Shown here: positions 25,121 through 30,326 of the stretch, piece after piece
Layout: each line of letters opens with the position of its first letter
How positions within the stretch are numbered: the stretch's first letter is position 1
DNA from: an uncultured archaeon
GTDB lineage: Archaea > Iainarchaeota > Iainarchaeia > Iainarchaeales > CSSED10-239
Length of the DNA: 30,326 nt
Assembly (NCBI GenBank): GCA_964591795.1
Contig: CAZQEL010000009.1
Location: 1 to 30,326, forward strand
Reading direction: 5' to 3'
The notes under the pieces: generated by a model
What the model saw: the letters and a program-made list of their open reading frames with translations, nothing else
Databases searched by the model: none
Told to the model about the DNA's origin: nothing
Made by a program: the position numbers and the translations under genes

Positions 25121-27988
25121 TTATGGGTCGCGAACACAACGCACAAAGTGGTAATAGCCCTTATTGTTAGCGTTGATATTCCCATTATTCATACTGATAA
25201 CATACGCATGGGACGAGATATACTCGGTACTAGACCAATAATAATACTTATTAAAATCAATCCAACTTTCTGCAAAATCACCTTTTACAACACCAGAATT
25301 ACCAGTAGTATATAAAGCTAATAATTGATTCTTAGCAGGAAGGTACCAATCAGTATAACCCATATATGAAAGTTCAGAACACAACCTTGCAGCAGAACTA
25401 GTACCAGTTCCATAAGCAGCTACAATTGTATTAGTATTAGACAAACCATCATATTTAGAAATTGCAGCTGTTTTAATTTTATTACTACCCCATTCCACCT
25501 TTTCTGCATCATTATTAATTGGAGAAATACACAAAGGTTTATTTTTAATTAAAATATACGGTAAACCACCACATTTTTTTAAAGGTACAACACCTAAATT
25601 ATTTAAAGAATCCCAATTATTATCAGCAAAAACATACCATGCCATCTTTCTAACCGAACCAATTACTGCAATACAATTAAGTCTATTTTCTGCAGTATTA
25701 TATTTATTAGCATTATTAACACAATCCATTATAACTGGATTTGATTTATTATATCCGTTAAAAAAAGTTTTAGTAGCAGAAAGGCCTATTTGATGACTAT
25801 AAAATATCATAAATAATTGATCCATATTAGAATAATTCTGATAATTATTTATTTCTGAAGTCAAATATACTTTATTTACTTGATATACCGCAAATGCAAG
25901 ATATACAGAATAATTATTATCAACAGGTATATTTCCACTAATATCTAAAAAATATTTTTTATATTTATCAAAACCCTTAAATTCTTGTGGTAAATAAGAG
26001 TCTAATTTATTGTACTCTTCCTGAGTATCTTTTAATTCTTTATTTAATTGAACTAAACCATAAGATGGACCATGTGAGTTTGTTTTATCTCCAATTGCCA
26101 TTTTATCAAAACCAGATTCTGCATTTATTATAGAAAATAAATTTTTTAAATCAGATTCTGTCAAAGATGTATTTTTTGATTCAGATAAAAATAATTTTAC
26201 TATAGAGTTATATATTGAATTTATATCATTAGGATATCTAACCTTTAATTCTTCAAAATAAGTATCTTTTAAATCACTAAAATAATTTGTTCCAGTACTA
26301 GATCCATCAGGAATAGTTTCAATTCCTATTTGATTATTTAAATCAAATATATTAAAATCACATAATACTTTATATAGATCAGGATAATTACACTCTAGAT
26401 TATTATTGTTAGAAAGTTCTAAAATAATACCATCAGGCATCCAATCAGGTATTTTACAATCAGAACAATACACATCATTTATTATTTTTTTATAAATATT
26501 AAATTGTATTAAACTATTATAATCAGATCCAGATAGTTTAACTAAATAAAGCTTATCAAAATTAACACCATCTAAACCAACTGAAATGAAATAATTATTA
26601 TTTACAACCCCTCTAATAGAAAAATGACTACCATTTAATGAAACATTGCCAGTTAAACCACCACCAAAATTAATACTAGAATTATTAGAGGGACTACTAG
26701 TAATATTAAGTTTATTTTTAATTAAATTTAACTTAGTTTGATTTAAAACATCACTATAGAATTTAAAATTAGTTTCATCTGTTCCAGAAACATTTATTTT
26801 AAAATTATTTAAACTAGATGCTGATTCATTAAAATAACAAATATTTGTTTCAGTACAAAAATAACCAGTACCTGTTTTTACAACAGGAGATATTTTAATA
26901 TTTGAAGTAGTTGTAATATTTGAAGGAATTGGATCTGAAGGTTGAATTGGATTTGAAGTTAAAGAAACATCTTCTAAATAGTTACTTAATACTACCTTAT
27001 CATAATCTAAAGCAATTGCATTTATTTTTTTATCAGAAGACAAAATAATGGGGGATTTATAAAAATTTACATCGTCATTAAGAGAAAGCGTAATTAAATT
27101 AAATTTTAAAGAATCTGAATTATACTCTAATTCTAAAAAGACATTTTGAAAATATTCATTTAAATTAAAATCACTATCAGAATAATAAATCCTAACATTT
27201 TCATCAGGAGTTGCAGTTAATGTTAAAATATTATTTGAAACTGATGAAGTTAAAATTAAATCACTAGTTGATTCTGAAGGTGTATCTGATAATTTTAATA
27301 CATATTTGTCAGTAAAATAATTATTTATACTAGAATCAAAAATTTGTGATTCATCATCAATAAATTGAGAAGTATATAAATCTCCATTATATGGAGAAAT
27401 AGATTTTAAATTTGCATAATAATTAAAATAGAAAATTCTAGATCTAAGCACATTGTATTCTAAAAGATAAATGTAAAATGCACCTGTAGTTTTATTAATA
27501 AATTCTCCATTTTTTATTTGAAGATTAGGATTAGTATCCTTATTATAACCACAAGAAATATTCTCAAATTCAGGATGAATACCTACATTATTTAAAGCAG
27601 TAATTAAAGTACTTCTATCAGAACCACAATATTTTACAAAATTAGTTGAATCAAAAAAATTTTTAGAAAGAATCTGATCTAACACTTGTTTATGCTTACT
27701 ATCAAGTAGAGTATCAAAATAAATCACATAATAAAACACACTCGTATTATCTTTAATTTTATAATTCCAATTATAAAAAGATACGTTTCTTTGATACCAA
27801 TTACCTAAATCAATAGACCCAATATTTGAATGGGTATAAAACACTTCTAAAACTCCAGTATCTGAATCTACAGAAACTCCATCATCAGAAATTGTTAATC
27901 CAGTAAAAGTAGCAGCAAAAATACTCCCACTCATAAAAACTATAAACATTAAAGAAATTATACTAATTAATAATATTTTTTTATTCAT
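25121..27988 (-). CDS. Large secreted protein: unknown N-terminal ~600 aa, lytic transglycosylase (SLT/lysozyme-like) motif, C-terminal DUF1566 (C-type-lectin-like) domain
   Basis: Signal peptide MNKKILLISIISLMFIVFMSGSIFA. SLT-like IINAESGFDKMAIGDKTNSHGPSYGLVQLN, with the Glu codon at 26117-26119. DUF1566 pattern DGLSNTNTIVAAYG...ARLCSEL..GYTDWYLPAKNQLLALY...YYWSSTEY...HFVRCVRDP. Confidence 0.85.
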   Translation of the reverse strand: MNKKILLISIISLMFIVFMSGSIFAATFTGLTISDDGVSVDSDTGVLEVFYTHSNIGSIDLGNWYQRNVSFYNWNYKIKDNTSVFYYVIYFDTLLDSKHKQVLDQILSKNFFDSTNFVKYCGSDRSTLITALNNVGIHPEFENISCGYNKDTNPNLQIKNGEFINKTTGAFYIYLLEYNVLRSRIFYFNYYANLKSISPYNGDLYTSQFIDDESQIFDSSINNYFTDKYVLKLSDTPSESTSDLILTSSVSNNILTLTATPDENVRIYYSDSDFNLNEYFQNVFLELEYNSDSLKFNLITLSLNDDVNFYKSPIILSSDKKINAIALDYDKVVLSNYLEDVSLTSNPIQPSDPIPSNITTTSNIKISPVVKTGTGYFCTETNICYFNESASSLNNFKINVSGTDETNFKFYSDVLNQTKLNLIKNKLNITSSPSNNSSINFGGGLTGNVSLNGSHFSIRGVVNNNYFISVGLDGVNFDKLYLVKLSGSDYNSLIQFNIYKKIINDVYCSDCKIPDWMPDGIILELSNNNNLECNYPDLYKVLCDFNIFDLNNQIGIETIPDGSSTGTNYFSDLKDTYFEELKVRYPNDINSIYNSIVKLFLSESKNTSLTESDLKNLFSIINAESGFDKMAIGDKTNSHGPSYGLVQLNKELKDTQEEYNKLDSYLPQEFKGFDKYKKYFLDISGNIPVDNNYSVYLAFAVYQVNKVYLTSEINNYQNYSNMDQLFMIFYSHQIGLSATKTFFNGYNKSNPVIMDCVNNANKYNTAENRLNCIAVIGSVRKMAWYVFADNNWDSLNNLGVVPLKKCGGLPYILIKNKPLCISPINNDAEKVEWGSNKIKTAAISKYDGLSNTNTIVAAYGTGTSSAARLCSELSYMGYTDWYLPAKNQLLALYTTGNSGVVKGDFAESWIDFNKYYYWSSTEYISSHAYVISMNNGNINANNKGYYHFVRCVRDP
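25124..25231 (-). other. DGR variable-region-like segment (last 36 codons of the 955-aa gene)
   Basis: Only 1 of 36 codons ends in A, against 9 of 38 in the codons just upstream. Unusual GCG, TCG, GGG, GAG, GTG, CGT and CGC codons are used. AAT/AAC codons are clustered. No TR or RT is present in the window. Confidence 0.45.
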
Positions 27989-28188
27989 CTAAATTCAGCC
28001 TCTTATAATTATCTTAGAGTTAATAAGTTAATCTTATATTTAAATATAAGATACAATATATTTATATATATTATGAAAAACTCAGTTTAAACAAAAAACC
28101 AAATTAATTATTGTTTTTTTAAAAAAACCTATTATTTATAAACATTTTATTTCATATATTAATAGTAATATATACTAAAGGTGAGGAT

Positions 28189-29637
28189 ATGACAATAAAA
28201 CTATATAACACACTTACAAGAAAGAAAGAAGTCTTTAAACCTATTGAAAAAGAAGTATTAAAGATATACGTTTGTGGTGTTACTGTTTATGATGATGTAC
28301 ATTTAGGGCACGCCATGTCATATATTTACTATGATCTATTAGTTAATTATTTTAAATATTTCCATAATTATAATGTTTTTTATGTTAGAAACATAACAGA
28401 TGTTGGCCATTTAACAGATGATGGTCTTGGCGACTCTGGAGAAGATAAAATTACAAAAAGAGCAAAGGAAAGAAAAATTCATCCTATGGAACTTGTATAT
28501 AAATATACACATAGAATGTGGAAAGCCTTTGACGATTTAAAAATATCAAGACCTAATTTAGAACCACAAGCATCAGCTCATATTCTAGAAATTATAGATT
28601 GGGTTAAAAAACTACTTGAAGATGGCTTTGCATACGAAACTGAAAATGGAATATATTATGATATTTCAAAATATAAAGAATATGGTTCTTTTTCAAATAA
28701 AAAAATAGAAGAACTATTAACAGACACTAGATTTAAAAATGATGAAAGTAAAAAAAATCCAGGTGACTTTGCTATTTGGATAAAATCAAAACCAGAACAC
28801 ATTTTAAAATGGAATTCACCATGGGGAGAAGGATACCCTGGTTGGCATATGGAATGTTCAGTAATGGGTAACAAATATCTAGGTAATTTATTTGATATTC
28901 ATGGAGGAGGAATTGAACATGTATTTCCACACCATGAAAATGAAATCGCACAAAACTATGGTTATTTAAAACACAAAATGGTTAACTATTGGATCCATTC
29001 AGCAATGCTATCAATAAATGGTAAAAAAATGGGTAAATCTTTAGGTAATTTTATAACAATTGAAGATTTTTTAAAAAAACACACAGCTGAAGAACTAAGA
29101 TTTGTTTTTTCAACAGGACACTATAGAAAACCACAAAACTATACTGAACAATCAATTGAAGACGCAAAAAAAACACTTCAAAATTTAAACACCTATATTA
29201 AACGTCTTCAAAATATAATAAATGAAAAAGATATCCATTTTGCTAAAGAAATTATTGAAACTACAATTTTTAATTTTAAAAAAGTAATGGATAATGATTT
29301 AAATACACCATCAGCTTGGGCACAAATATTCTTCTTAGTCAAAGAAACAAATAAATTAATGGATGCTGATAAATTAACAAAAGAAGAATCTTTAAAAATT
29401 TTAAATTTCTTAAAAAAAGCAAACCATGTTTTCAAAGTTTTTAATTTTGAACCGAAAAATGAAAATAAAATAAAAAATAAAATACCTAAAGAAGAAATTG
29501 AAAAATTAATTTCAAAAAGAGAAAAACTAAGAAAACAAAAAAAATGGGAAGAAGCAGACATCATTAGAATAAATCTAAAAAAGAAACATGTTGTTCTTTT
29601 TGATGGAAAAGAAAAAACAACTTGGGCTTTTGAATAA
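28189..29637 (+). CDS. cysS: Cysteinyl-tRNA synthetase
   Basis: AGGTGAGG lies upstream of the ATG. KLYNTLTRKKEVFKP, VCGVTVYDDVHLGHA (HIGH motif), WHMECS, HGGGIEHVFPHHENEIAQ, and KMGKSLGN (KMSKS motif). Confidence 0.95.
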   Translation: MTIKLYNTLTRKKEVFKPIEKEVLKIYVCGVTVYDDVHLGHAMSYIYYDLLVNYFKYFHNYNVFYVRNITDVGHLTDDGLGDSGEDKITKRAKERKIHPMELVYKYTHRMWKAFDDLKISRPNLEPQASAHILEIIDWVKKLLEDGFAYETENGIYYDISKYKEYGSFSNKKIEELLTDTRFKNDESKKNPGDFAIWIKSKPEHILKWNSPWGEGYPGWHMECSVMGNKYLGNLFDIHGGGIEHVFPHHENEIAQNYGYLKHKMVNYWIHSAMLSINGKKMGKSLGNFITIEDFLKKHTAEELRFVFSTGHYRKPQNYTEQSIEDAKKTLQNLNTYIKRLQNIINEKDIHFAKEIIETTIFNFKKVMDNDLNTPSAWAQIFFLVKETNKLMDADKLTKEESLKILNFLKKANHVFKVFNFEPKNENKIKNKIPKEEIEKLISKREKLRKQKKWEEADIIRINLKKKHVVLFDGKEKTTWAFE

Positions 29638-29686
29638 AATAATAAATTATATTGAAAAATTAAAATTTATATTATACATTTAAACT

Positions 29687-29968
29687 TTATTTTTTATATA
29701 TTTTATCATGATGAGCAAATTTTACAAAATAAATAATATTGTTATATAAATCTACAGAAAAAAGTAAAACAAACGATTTACCTACATGCACTCTTTTATA
29801 ATCAGAATAATCATACTTTAAATTTTTATAATGATTTATTGTATCTTTATCACAGTCCATTATTTGCAACATTTTTTTATTTAATTCTAAAAAAAATTGC
29901 TTATCTTTAGAATATAGCTTTTTAATTATTTCTTTTAATTCATCAGACAAAATTGTAGTAAATGGCAT
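29687..29968 (-). CDS. relE: RelE/ParE-superfamily toxin-like protein
   Basis: 93 aa. The C-terminal pattern YKRVHVGKSFVLLFSVDLYNNIIYFVKFAHHDKIY resembles archaeal RelE (R.rvG.yR.i..i......i.i..i.HR...Y). Lies 9 nt downstream of a small antitoxin-like gene. Confidence 0.6.
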   Translation of the reverse strand: MPFTTILSDELKEIIKKLYSKDKQFFLELNKKMLQIMDCDKDTINHYKNLKYDYSDYKRVHVGKSFVLLFSVDLYNNIIYFVKFAHHDKIYKK

Positions 29969-29977
29969 TTTATCACT

Positions 29978-30250
29978 TTAATTTTTAGAATTTGCAAAAA
30001 GTTTATTTAAATCATCTTTAGACATAGATTTTATTTTTTGTTTTTTTAATTTATCTACTTCAGTAATAACTTCTAAAATAATTTCTTCTTTAGTTTCTTT
30101 TTCTACAAATTCATCACCATATAAATCTAATATTCTATTAAGTGCTTGAGATTTATCTTTATACCCATATCTCTCTTTTATAACACCTAAAACTCTATTA
30201 CTATATTTATTCACTTTTAAGTTTAAAGTAACATAATCCTCTAATAACAT
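29978..30250 (-). CDS. Antitoxin-like small protein (ribbon-helix-helix/DUF2683-like)
   Basis: 90 aa. LNLKVNKYSNRVLGVIKERYGYKDKSQALNRILDLY resembles archaeal antitoxins that precede RelE genes. The assignment rests mostly on position and size. Confidence 0.5.
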   Translation of the reverse strand: MLLEDYVTLNLKVNKYSNRVLGVIKERYGYKDKSQALNRILDLYGDEFVEKETKEEIILEVITEVDKLKKQKIKSMSKDDLNKLFANSKN

Positions 30251-30326
30251 AAAATAACCTCACATAACTCCAAGTTATATATATAAGATACAAACTATTT
30301 AAAAATAAAACCATTAACACCGACTT

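Noticed and set aside
28656-29564. Minus-strand ORFs 28656-28874 and 29208-29564 inside cysS
   Set aside because: Shadow ORFs inside a gene with HIGH and KMSKS motifs.
1-30326. Looked for CRISPR arrays, rRNA genes, transposases, integrases, reverse transcriptases and tRNA introns
   Set aside because: No regular repeat-spacer structure and no rRNA-like GC-rich blocks. No DDE, tyrosine-recombinase or YxDD motifs in any listed ORF. The only YADD occurrence is in a signal-peptide region. All three tRNAs fold without introns.

Overview
This is a very AT-rich, gene-dense window that reads as a small-genome archaeon. I infer it is DPANN-like from gene content and protein style. That inference has not been checked against any database.

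The core is archaeal informational machinery:
- A conserved minus-strand run of rps19e, rpl39e, rpl31e, aIF6, prefoldin alpha and ftsY.
- SRP54, followed closely (or overlapped) by an A24 prepilin peptidase.
- RNase P subunit Rpp21, Hjc, archaeal DnaG, Pth2, Kae1, inorganic pyrophosphatase and CysRS.
- Three tRNAs: His-GTG, Gly-GCC and Val-TAC.

Several genes look bacterial in type: an AspRS that lacks the GAD insertion, a queuine-type TGT, a RadC/JAB protein, and a Cas4-like Fe-S PD-(D/E)XK nuclease.

The clearly accessory stretch lies between kae1 and cysS (about 23.0-28.0 kb). It contains two things:
- A toxin-first AbiEii/AbiEi cassette, translationally coupled to kae1 and bracketed by a duplicated kae1 5' end.
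- A 955-aa secreted protein combining a lytic-transglycosylase motif with a C-terminal DUF1566 domain.

The most interesting signal is in the last 36 codons of that protein. Adenines are confined almost entirely to codon positions 1-2, AAY-type codons are clustered, and the segment ends in FVRCVRDP. Two perfect GC-containing hairpins follow the stop codon. This is the architecture of a diversity-generating-retroelement (DGR) variable region. However, I found no template repeat and no reverse transcriptase in the window, so this remains a hypothesis.

A RelE/antitoxin pair sits at the right edge. I saw no rRNA, CRISPR array, transposase or integrase. All domain calls come from reading motifs by eye, and no searches were run.
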